Shown here: one piece after another, positions 52,899 through 64,000 of the stretch | Numbering within the stretch: the stretch's first letter is position 1 | Layout: every line of letters begins with the position of its first letter | From: Mobula hypostoma | Lineage: Eukaryota | Assembly (NCBI RefSeq): GCF_963921235.1 | Contig: NC_086097.1 | Location: 154,506,001-154,570,000, forward strand | Direction: 5' to 3' | Length of the DNA stretch: 64,000 bases | Program-made: the position numbers and the translations under genes | Notes under the pieces: generated by a model | The model's input: the letters and a program-made list of their open reading frames with translations, nothing else | Told to the model about the DNA's origin: nothing | Databases searched by the model: none

Positions 52899-55800
52899 TC
52901 AGGCCCTGAGACTGGTTCTGCAGTGCAGAAGGGAGGGTGGAAGAAGAGGAGAGCGGTAATGATAGGAGACTCAATAGTTAGAGGTACAGACAGGAGGTTC
53001 TGTGGTCGTGACAGAGACTCCCAGATGGTTTGTTGCCTCCCGGGTGCCAGGGTCAGGGATGTCTCTGATCGCGTGCACAGCATTCTGAAGTGGGGGGGGG
53101 TGATCAGTCAGATGTCATGGTACACATCGGTACCAATGATGTAGGGAGAAAGAGTGAGGAGGTCCTGAAGAGAGAGTATAGAGAGCTTGGTAGGAAGTTA
53201 AAAAGCAGGACCTCGAGGGTGGTAATCTCAGGATTGCTACCTGTGCCACGTGCCAGTGAGGGTAAGAATAGGATACTTTGGCAGATGAACACGTGGCTGA
53301 AGAACTGGTGTAGGGGGCAAGGTTTCAGATTTCAAGATCATTGGAACCTCTTCTGGGGCAAGTGGGACCTATACAAGAGAGACGGGTTACACCTGAACTA
53401 CAAGGGGACCAATATCTTTGCGGGGAGATTTGTTAGTGCTTTCGGGGAAGGTTTAAACTAGATTTGCAGGGGGTTGGGAACCAGAGTGCCAGAGCAGATA
53501 GAGGAGCGGGGGTGAAAATAGATGATGTTAAAAGTTCATGCAAAGTCACAAATAGAAGGGCTGTGTGTGGTGGTAATAATCTTCTGAGGTGTGTCTATTT
53601 CAATGCAAGGAGTATTGTGGAGAACGCTGACGAGCTGAGGGTGTGGATTGACACATGGAATTACAGCATTATAGCCATTAGTGAAACTTGGCTGCAGGAG
53701 GGGCAGGACTGGCAGCTTAATGTTCCAGGGTTCCGATGTTTCAGACATGATAGAGGCAGAGGAATGAAGGGTGGGAGGGGGTGGCATTGCTAGTCAGGGA
53801 AAATGTTACAGCAGTGCTCATGCAGGACAGATTAGAGGGCTTGTCTACCAAGACCATATGGGTGGAGCTGAGAAACAGGAAAGGTATGACCACATTAATG
53901 GGGTTGCATTATAGACCACCCAATAGTCAGCCAGAATTGGAGGAGCAAATCTGCAGAGAGATAGCAGACAACTGCAGGAAACATAAAGTTGTGATAGTAG
54001 GGGATTTTAATTTTCCACATATTGATTGGGATTCCCATACTGTTAAAGGTCTAGACGAGTTAGAGTTTGTAAAATGTGTTCAGGAAGGTTTTCTAAATCA
54101 ATATATAGAAGTACCAACTAGAGAGGATGCAATATTAGATCTCCTATTAGGAAACGAGTTAGGACAGATGACGGAAGTGTGTGTAGGGGAACACTTTGGT
54201 TCCAGTGATCATAACACCACTAGTTTCAACTTGAATGTAATCGGGTTGAGGTTCTAAACTGGAAATAGGCCAAATTTGAAGAAATGAGAAAGGATCTAAA
54301 AAGCGTGGATTGGGACAGGTTGTTCTCTGGCAAGGATGTGATTGGTAAGTGGGAGGTCTTCAAAGGAGAAATTTTGAGAGTGCAGAGTTTGTATGTTCCT
54401 GTCAGGATTAAAGGTGAAGCGAATAAGAATAAGGAACCTTGGTTCTCAAGGGATATTGGAACTCTGATAAAGAAGAATACAGAGATGTATGACATGTATA
54501 GGAAACAGGGAGCAAATAAGGTGCTTGAGGAGTATAAAAAGTGCAAAAAATACTTAAGAAAGAAATCAGGAGGGCTAAAAGAAGACATGAGGTCGCTTTG
54601 GCAGCAAGGTGAAGGATAATCCAAAGAGAAGATCAGGGTGGTCGGCTATGTATAGAACCAAAAGAAATGGGGGAGATCTTAAGTGAGTTTTTTGCGTCTG
54701 TATTTACTAAGGAAACTGGCATGGAGTCTATGGAAATAAGGCAAACAAGTAGTGAGGTCATGGAACCTATACTGATTGAAGAGGAGGAGGTGCTTGCTAT
54801 CTTGAGGCAATTTGGAGTAGATAAATCCCCAGGACCTGACAGGGTATTCCCTCGGACCATGAAGGAGACTAGTGTTGAAATTACAGGGTCCCTTGGCAGA
54901 TGTATTTAAAATGTCAGTATCTACGGGTGAAGTGCCGGAGGATTGGAGGATAGCTCATGTTGTTCCGTTGTTTAAAAAAGGCTCTAAAAGTAATCCGGGA
55001 AATTATAGACCGGTAAGTGTGACGTCAGTAGTAGGTAAATTATTGGAAGGAGTACTAACAGATTGGATCTACAAGTATTTGGACAGACAGGGACTTATTA
55101 GGGAGAGTCAACATGGCTTTGTGCGTGGTAGGTGAATTTAACCAATCTATTAGAGCTTTTCGAGGAGGTTACCAGGAAAGTGGATGCAGGGAAGGCAGTG
55201 GATGTTGTCTACAGGGACTTCAGCATGGGAGGTTAGTTACGAAGATTCAGTTGCTAGGTATACATGGAGAGGTGGTAAATTGGATTAGACATTGGCTCAA
55301 TGGAAGAAGCCAGAGAGTGGTAGTGGAGGATTGCTTCTCTGAGTGGAGGCCTGTTACTAGTGGTGTTCCACAGGGATTAGTGCTGGGTCCATTGTTATTT
55401 GTCATCTATATCAATGATAATGTGGTAAGTTGGATCAGCAAATTTGCTGATGATACAAAGATTGGAGATGTAGTGGACAGTGAGGAAGGTTTTCAAAGCT
55501 TGCAGAGGGATTTGGACCAGCTGGAAAAATGGGCTGAAAAATGGCAGATGGAGTTTAATACAGACAAGTGTGAGGTATTGTACGTTGGAAGGACAAACCA
55601 AGGTAGAACATACAGGGTTAATGGTAAGGCACTGAGGAGTGCTGTAGAACAGAGGGATCTGGGAATACAGATACAAAATTCCCTAAAAGTGGCGTCACAG
55701 GTAGATAGGGTCATAAAGAGAGCTTTTGGTACATTGGTCTTTATTAATCAAAGTATTGAGTATAAGGGCTGGAATGTTATGGTGAGGTTGTATAAGACAT

Positions 55801-56350
55801 TGGTGAAGCCGAATTTGGAGTATTGTGTGCAGTTTTGGTCACCAAATTACAGGAAGGATATTAATAAGGTTGAAAGAGTGCAGAGAAGGTTTACCAGGAT
55901 GTTGCCGGGAATTGAGAAACTGAGTTACAGAGAAAGGTTGAATAGGTTAGGACTTCATTCACTGGAGCGTAGAAGAATGAGGGGAGATTTGATAGAGGTA
56001 TATAAAATTATGATGGGTATAGATAGAGTGAATGCAAGCAGGCTTTTTCCACTGAGGCTAGGGGAGAAAAAAAAAGAGGACATGGGTTAAGGGTGAGGGG
56101 GGAAAAGTTTAAAGGGAACATTGGGGGAGGGGCTTCTTCACACAGAGAGTGGTGGGAGTGTAGAATGAGCTGCCAGATGAAGTGGTAAACGTGGGCTCAC
56201 TTTTAACATTTAAGAAAAACTTGGACAGGTACATGGATGAGAGGTGTATGGAGGGATATGGTCCAGGTGCAGGTCAGTGGGACTAGGCAGAAAAATGGTT
56301 CTGTACAGCCAAGAAGGCCTGTTTCTGTGCTGTAATGTTCTGTATGTTTC
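52899..56350 (+). mobile_element. CR1 LINE, 5'-truncated in ORF1, frameshifted
   Basis: IGDSIVRG, HIGTND, DGLHLN; YFNARS, YRPP, GDFNFP; SGVPQG, KFADDTK, LERRRMRGD; tail TTCTGTATGTTTCT. Confidence 0.95.
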
Positions 56351-56526
56351 TAAATATTGTGGGTGCAAGCCCTTTAAGAGATGGGACACTCTTAATGCTT
56401 TGTAAAGATAGTGGGCAATGTGAGAAAGCTTTAGGGTTAAAAGCTGTGGAAGTAAGGAAATTAACACCAAAGTATTCTATTGAACAACCATTGTTTTGGG
56501 GAGTAATCACAGGAGTGCCTCTAGAT

Positions 56527-56594
56527 CAGGGTTCTCCACACACTCGTTGCTTAATGGTATTGGTCCATGGCATAAAAAAAGTTAGGAATCCCTG
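56527..56594. mobile_element. Tiny hAT-type MITE
   Basis: Ends CAGGGTTC...GAATCCCTG; imperfect 8-bp TSD CTCTAGAT / CTCTAAGT. Confidence 0.6.
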
Positions 56595-58484
56595 CTCTAA
56601 GTGTATACATACAGCAAGTTAAAACAATTTATTTGGGAAAAGTTGTTGACGTTAAATATTTAAAAGGGTTTCATGGTGGAGCACAAACAGATAGCTTATC
56701 AGTGTTGATTACATTTGATGGTAAAAGTGTTCCAGATAGGGTTAGTTAATTTAGGTAATATGAGTTATATCATTTGAATCTATGTTTCTCCCCACCCCCT
56801 GAGATGTTTACAGATGTTTGGTCATTTTGCAGCTGTGTATAGGGGTAAAAACCAATGTTGTAGTTGTGCTGGAGACCATGATTATGGTGATTGTGGAGAA
56901 GGCGTTAGGTCAAAATGTAGCAATTGTGGAGGGGAACATAGCTCTGATTATTCAGGGCGTTCTCTGTATAAGAAAGCTGTGGAAGTGCAGCTTATTCGGG
57001 TAAAATGAGCATATTATATGCAAAGGGTCTGTAGAAAGTACAGAGGACAGTGTCAATGGGACCTATTAAAATCCAGAATACAGATACTGTAGATTAATCA
57101 GTGTGCAAAGTACGTGATTTTATAACAAAGTATTTGTTGATTGTTGATAAACTAACTTTTGTTAGTTTCATGGCAGTTGCGGCAAATTGTACTGTGCAAA
57201 CTAAAATTAGGACAGAAAAAAATTCAAATTACATTAAAAGCTGCAGAAAAACATCTAGAAATAAAATACTGTACGACTCAGAGTTAGAAGCATAGAAACA
57301 CAGAAATCATGATGCTTTGCACAGAGGGGTAAATAGTATTCAAACTTCAAAGGAGGGTTGTTGATGTTTATTTTAATTTTTTTCCTTTTTACTTTTTTTC
57401 TTTTTTCTTGCAATAGAATACTAGAAATTTATAAGGTAATGGTCAGAGAACAATTGTTAATGTCTTTTTCCCCTCTTTTTCCTATTTTTAACCTTACAAT
57501 GGAGTATTAGAAGTTTGTTAGGGAACTTAATGTTCATAGTACTTTGTGGGGTTTAAGTGACACAATTGTGAAAGGGACAGTGGTGGAAGATATTCTAGAA
57601 GAAAAGTATTTGGTGTGATTTTATGGTGTTTAGTAAATGGCAGCAATGCCCCTTACATTGGTCTGCCAACAGTCATTAAACTTAACTAAAAGAAGAAGTG
57701 TAGAAGAAGAGGGCTATTTGGTTAGCAAATGTGCAGAATGTTATAGGATAGATAAATAAGAAGCTACTGCCTTCATTGAATGAGCTGAGATTATGAGTTG
57801 CAGAAATTTAGCTATTAGCATTCAAGAGAGCAATTAGGGTAAAAAGGAGACTTCAGAAAGATTTGATAGGCCAGGTGAAGAAAACTCCCAGGAGAATCTA
57901 TGGGTAGATTTAAGGTGATAATGCTGGGGTTATAGAACATGAGTTCTTCTTTTACTTCTTCTATACCAGAGATCAACAAGGCTAGAATCATTTGCTGTAG
58001 AACAAGAATACTGAGGGAAATGTAAATAAGGGATATAATGTTGTGAAAGATATATAGAGTAAACAGCTGAAATCTCTTTCCCCTTGCAGACAATAACAAC
58101 CTGGGAAAATTTCTTGATTAATTGGTAGAAGGCTTAGAAAAGAACTGATGAAAAATCAATTTACCTTCTGAATGGATGGCGAAAGCTGAAACCGTCATCC
58201 CATTTGATAAGTATCTGAATAAGCACTTGAAGAGTGAGAGTCAGAAAGCGCCTAATATAATAGACAGAGAATTTGTTCATCTTGGAAACAATAGGCTGAA
58301 TGACCTCCTTCATCTGTAACACACCAATGATTTGATTGCAATAAAATCAATAAATCTGAACTTCATGAACATTCAGAAACCTTAAAAAAGACAACTTTGA
58401 AAGCTTAAGTCCTGTTGCTTTTTAAAGGGTTCCAGTGTCTGTGGACACTGATTGTTCTGTTGACATCCTTGTTATCCCAGTTAC

Positions 58485-58728
58485 CTCCTCCAGAATGCAT
58501 TTAGTCTGTGTAATTGGGCCATGCAGCCACACAGAATCTCACTGCTCCGTTCCAGCATGGTCCCTGCCAGAGAGTTCAGCCTCAGATATGAAAGAGCTAC
58601 GACCAGGACAGCGGGGAATGCAAACAATTTATGCAGGAATTGGGCTTCACTGAGCATTAGGCCATTGTCACTTGCAGTCCAGCAAATTATGATAACTAAA
58701 TGTTCAAGCCTTCTATTATGCACTTGAC
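58485..58728 (-). other. Candidate spliced exon (best of several minus-strand candidates)
   Basis: Acceptor TTCCTTTTCAG|G and donor GAG|GTAACT; non-repeat sequence; one frame is open throughout. Confidence 0.4.
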
Positions 58729-59819
58729 CTGAAAAGGAACTTTTATTATTCCTATATTGCTAACATTAAGTACTCTATTTCTTTCATCATGTTTTCCTTT
58801 CAATCTAAGTGGATTTTCAACTTATTTCTTCTTTCACATCTTCTATACCAGAAGCATTCAAATTTCATATTGTGTTGGATCACATCCACATTTGGTGCAT
58901 TTGCCATGTGTGAGGCCCAAAGGTGCAAGTGGGACAGAGGTGTTGACAGAATCAGAATTAACAATGATCCTGTCTTTAACTGATGCTACCCAAAGTTTAT
59001 TTGCAACAGAGGCTACAACATATCGATCATGAATGTCAGTCTTGATTAACTTTTCAACAGGAAAATATTGCAGATGCTTACCATTTAAAATTTTAAGAAA
59101 CAGAAAATTCTAGAAATACACAGGTAATTGAACACAATGGAATTTAGTGAATCTTAGTTTATTCTCTTTTAGCCAATTCATGGGACAGAGGTGTCAGTGT
59201 CATCCCTGTTTTTACTGCCACGCACTACCTACCCACTGAACTCCGCTTTTGGTGATTTAATAATGTCGCCTTTAGTTTTTCTGCTAATCCATGACTGGGC
59301 ACTTTTCCTTTTGCCTTCGTGTATATTAGGCTAAAGTACTTTTTTTAGAAAATTATGTCTTCCTGATGACCGTCATATGCTTAAATGTAATTTGCCTATT
59401 TAAATCTATTAATCTGCATTAATTTTATTAATTAAATGATCTTATTAATGTTCACTGAGTTTTCCTCAGCGCTGAACAACCTACCTCATGTCATAATATT
59501 TTAATGGGGATTTATTATAACTTCTAAATATAAATTATTCTTCCCCTTGCGTCATTTTCCTCGCTTTTCATTTTATTTAGGCACTTACTCTCTGACCTTT
59601 TCCAGCTGAGAGGCAATACGGTAGCAAGACTCTGTTGTGATTGATATTTTGAAGGTCTATTCATGCAAATCATCGGAGAGTCTGAAAATAATTAATAGTA
59701 GAAAACAAAACGACCCCATGAAATCCGTTCGAATGCAGACCACTGTTTTAAACAGGTCTTCTAGATGTTGCATTTGATCGTCGCTTCAAATCTTCTTACT
59801 TTATGCTCTCCTCCATGCA

Positions 59820-60215
59820 CCAGACATTGCGCTACTGCGCGCACCCCGACATCAAAAGCAAGTTTGATCTTGCATCAAACAAAAGACTGAATGAAGAATC
59901 TGTTTTACAACCGCGCAAATGCATCATAAAAACTGCACCAAATTAAAACTTTTCCATGGTTTACCTTTCTACTCGACTTGGTGTGACAGAGGTGGGGAAG
60001 TTTATTGAAAAATGTACTGCGAGGTCTCCTGGTGAAATTGGCAGCCAATGGGAAGACGTAGGGTCGCAGATTTCGCCGGGGGCGATGGAGCTCAGCTCCC
60101 CAAGAATCACACTCTGTGCCACCAATCAGTCTGTAACCTTGCTCGGCGCCTCCAAAGCATCGCTTTCTCTGCTTCTAAACTTCTCCGTTTCCCAATTGCC
60201 TGGATTGTAATAGGT
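59820..60215. promoter_or_regulatory. Candidate promoter (local CpG enrichment, two NF-Y-type CCAAT boxes)
   Basis: AGCCAATGG (~60043) and ACCAATCAG (60121); CpGs retained in non-repeat DNA; splice donors diverge outward (minus AAG|GTAAAC at 59965, plus TAG|GTAACG at ~60213). Confidence 0.45.
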
Positions 60216-63044
60216 AACGAGTATGGGATTATGTTTGTTTCAGGAATCAAGGTAGGAATTCCAATACAGATGCATTACATAACAGTTCTTCAAGAAAAAA
60301 ATAACATCACAAAAGCTACATTTATAAATTTAAAACAATTGAGAAAAATCACTTTGACTAAATGGACATCATTGGCCTCATTTTATTTTCTATTTATTTG
60401 ATGATATACCATGGGCTAGTATTATTTTTGTAGGGCTATGTAACCAAGAAAATGGAGAAACATTTATATGACCAAATTTTGTAGAGAATATTCCCAGAGA
60501 AAAATAATCCAATGTATAGTTAGTTTATGTTTGCTAGGAAGTCTGTAAAAAAAATTAAAGACATACCTACGAAGTGATATTTGCCGTGGTGTTAAGACCA
60601 AAAACATAGCACATGTTCTTTGAATGATTAAACACGAATTTACCTCAGAAGTTAGAAGTTACCTGGAGAGAGAATGATACAAATGTCTTGTCTGGAAATT
60701 TTAGTTTAATCTTTTGTTGAAATGGAGCAGGCAGGTGTTGTTTCAGGTAGATTAGAATAATACCATTCCAAAAGTAAATCAAACGCACCCATTATTTTAT
60801 TTTAAAATATGCTGCTTATTATATAGGTAGATATAAGTAGACACTTGATACTTCTTTTGAAGTAAGCTCCATAGTCACAAAGCAATGTCAATTATTCGGT
60901 TATATTAACAAGTGAATTAATAAAAGCTCAGTAAAGAGGTATGAAGAATAGAGATCAAAGGGTAGTTCTCAAACCCAATATTGCCAGTAGAAGCTGAATG
61001 CCCTGTTTCTGTCTCATGAATTGCAAAATCAAATTATTCTTTTGAATGGATCTTGATGAGATAACCAGAAAAAAACATTGGTTTTTCACCTTGTACATCA
61101 TATAACAGAAAACGAAGAATTTTCTGTGTTATTTCAATTTGCCACTTGTTAAATGATTTGGAGGAATTTATTTTTTGATCTACTTTTTTATTGCTCCCAC
61201 AAGTCCACCATTATCTCCTTGAAGAGGTGAACTTGGACTTAGATGTGTCTTGTCACATGATGGGTCTCACTGTGATTTCCTCTCTGTGAGGATGAATGTC
61301 ACATTATGCAGTAGATCAGTTTAGGTATTGATAAGAGGAAGCAGTCACCTTGAACAACTAACATGTGCATAAAGCGAATTTGATCATGGCCACTGGGAAC
61401 ATGCTGGGAGCGTGGAAATTGGATGAGAATGGACAAAGATTAATAAAGTTCACAGTCTTGTTAATACTGTGGTACAATACACAATGTCTGCCAGTAGGTA
61501 ATTTTAACATTTTAAGATATTCCATTGGATTAGTTTAATGTGGATAATGTACATTTATTGCCATCCTCCCAAATTTGCCAGCAAAGCCAGAAATAAGAGC
61601 AAATTGAAGAATTGCAAACAGTTTGAAAAAACGTTGGTAGCTGTTGCTAAACACATGTCAGTGCATTAGATCCTGGCTTCATTTAACTTCTGCATGCTCA
61701 GTTCTTTTGATTTCAGTAGAACTCAGTATGTCAGAGGCAAGTGCAACAGATATCTAATATCCCTGAGTGAGTCTAGAGTTAGTGATCTAATTTCTGCATT
61801 TGAGGTCCACAAATTTTTAGAACTTCTAAAGCCTGCTACTTATGACATATTTCAAATTAGATCTGGTTGTCACGGTTAGGAGAGGCCTTAGAGTAGCATT
61901 ATTAATCATGCTTTGGGAATTTTCCAAGTGTTAAATTGAAAATTATGAATAGGGAGTTACATTGAGAATATTGTGCTCGAACATGTCACTAACTTGTCTA
62001 TCAACCATAATCTTTCCTGGATCTTTCATTGTTGTCTTGCTGCTTCAAGCTGTCTGGATCCAAAATGACGAGGTCCTGAATGGCACTGGGGTCTTAATGT
62101 CAAATAGACTCGGCGACTGGGGAAAGGGGTGTGGTGGGATGAGCAAGTACTACTCAAGTCAATGGCTCACAAGCTCCTGCCACAGACTCTCAGTGATTTG
62201 AATGTGTGCACATCAAACATATTCAAAAAATGTCATGACGTTTTATAAATTAAGCTGTTTTCAAATTATCTTAGCATAAATTAGGAACTCCATTTAATCT
62301 ACATATTAAATCTATATTTCCCATTAATTTTCTTTTATCCAGAATTTCTAATACTGAAACATCTCAAAATTATAGATATATCAGTGATAGGGTGTCAAAG
62401 CATTTAGAAAGATTTCAGATGCTCACTGTGGGTTTGTGAAGAATAAATCATTGCTCTCCAATCTTGTTTGATTGGACGAATGCCAAGACATTGTCTATGA
62501 TTATTTATGTCAATCCTCAGAAGCAAAATCATGGAAGATTAATTTAAATGTAGTTATTGCATATTTCCTGCTGGTCCACTGTCTCAAATCACTGTCCTTC
62601 AGAGTGTCACCTTTCTACAAATGCCTCCTTAAAGACTAGTTTCTGTGACCAGGCCTGACACTGGCAATCTCCTCGTCCCACCATCAACTGGGCTTTGGGT
62701 ATCAAGGTCACTGCTGTCACTTCCAGGAGTCTTCCTCTGAAACCTGTAGGTCATTAGGGAAAACTCTAATGAAATCACTTGTCACTCTGTTTAAGGAAAT
62801 GTGACTAGCCTGGGGATTTCTCCCATGGCCTTGGTTGATCTTAAGAAACATTGATTTCTTCAAATAGGAAGACAACTTTCCTTTCAAGTATGAGAAGTCC
62901 TGTACAATATGGGTTAGTTGTCAAGCCTACTTGCCAATGACATTACTTCTAGTGGTTTGATAAATATACTGTTTTCTATTTGAGTGACTATCTGGTGTGA
63001 ATAATATATATAATCAATAAAAGGTTGCATCTTCTTTACATTGA

Positions 63045-63597
63045 GTGGAGAGCATCCATCATCAAGGACCCCATCTGTCCAGTCCATTCCCACTTCTCAC
63101 TTCTAACATTGGGCAGAAGGTACAGAAGCTTTAGGTCTCACCCCACCAAGTTCAAGAGCAGTTATTACCTTCCAATGACCAGGCTCCTGAACCAGCGTAG
63201 ATAACTTCAGTACTCTGCACTGATTCTATGACTTGTAGACTCACTTTCAAGGACTCTTTACAACTCAAGTTCTTGTTTGTTTGTTTTATACACAGTTTGT
63301 CTTGTCTTTGCCCATTGATTATTTGTCAGTCTTTGATTATGTATAGTTCTTTGTAAAATTCTATGATAGAGTCATAAACACTGCAGGGCAGAAGCGGGCT
63401 CTTTGCTCCATCTAGTCCATGCTGAACCATTAACCTGACTTGTTCCATCAACCTGCGCCCGGACTATAGCCTTTCATACATCTCCCAATAGAGTCATATA
63501 TTATATTTATTCCTATAAATGCCTGCGAGAAAATTAATCTCAGGATAACGTGATAACATACAGTATGCATACTTTGATAATAAATTTACTTTGAACA
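63045..63597 (+). mobile_element. Rex1/Babar 3' end with an antisense CR1 3' tip (~63366-63487) inserted
   Basis: GCATCCATCATCAAGGACCCC...TTTACTTTGAAC; ATAGAGTCATA flanks the insert on both sides. Confidence 0.7.
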
Positions 63598-64000
63598 CAT
63601 ATAACGTAAAATTGTTGAATTTCTCTTGAACCAGCAATGAACGGGAGAGACTCTTGGAGAAGCTGTATATTTTAATGCTTGCCACCCTTCAGACTACAAT
63701 TTGGTCTCCAGTGTTATGTTGTAAGTAACATGTTTTTAGAATATTTATGTAACTTTTGAAATGCTTGAAGGTAACTAGCATATAAAATTGATTAACTTGA
63801 AAAGATTAATTGGTCCATAAAGCTGGATTTGTATTAGGTTCAGTGTTACTGTGTGTGAAAGTGTGAACAACAGTCCCATCCAAGCTATATCACCTCTCTT
63901 ATCCTTACACCAACCACACTGTACCCTATTCCTTAAACCATCCAACATGAAGTACAGTTTCCCCCGCCATCTGAAGGTAGAGTGTTCCTATGAAATGGTT

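Larger units (their letters stand above)
52500..57710 (+). mobile_element. I/Nimb-clade element (ORF1 with zinc knuckles, ORF2 almost entirely deleted), split by a CR1 and a hAT MITE
   Basis: INPIKLTKDLEEVLGN|IVGASPLRDGTLL...GVITGVPL; PLRC..FGH..CCSCAGDH..CSNCGGEH; degenerate LQWNARSL start near 57408; GAA tail near 57690. Confidence 0.75.

Noticed and set aside
56814..57008. Retroviral gag or host zinc-finger gene
   Set aside because: Context (APE start, GAA tail, no LTR or PBS) fits a non-LTR ORF1.

Overview
Eukaryotic, AT-rich vertebrate DNA dominated by decayed transposable elements. The repeat families (esterase-ORF1 CR1 LINEs, HE1-like SINEs, Rex1/Babar, Penelope-like elements) suggest a cartilaginous fish such as a ray; this is inference. 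No intact host protein-coding gene, rRNA, tRNA or CRISPR array is recognisable, and nearly all long ORFs are retroelement or transposase fragments or their antisense shadows. Identified: four large CR1 copies, one RTE, many Rex1/Babar fragments, I/Nimb-clade pieces (zinc-knuckle ORF1; RNase H), Penelope-like (PLE) ends with minimal hammerhead ribozyme motifs, a Buster-type hAT with TIRs and an 8-bp TSD, two Tc1-derived non-autonomous elements, solo LTRs and a Harbinger remnant. Several nested insertions can be resolved at base level. Most notable are a ~0.9 kb inverted PLE insertion with a 13-bp TSD and two hammerhead cores, a candidate structured RNA in the RTE 5' UTR, a three-TIR Tc1 architecture, and a tentative multi-exon minus-strand non-coding transcript from a CCAAT/CpG promoter near 60 kb. 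Family names come from motif recognition, not database searches, and many boundaries are approximate.
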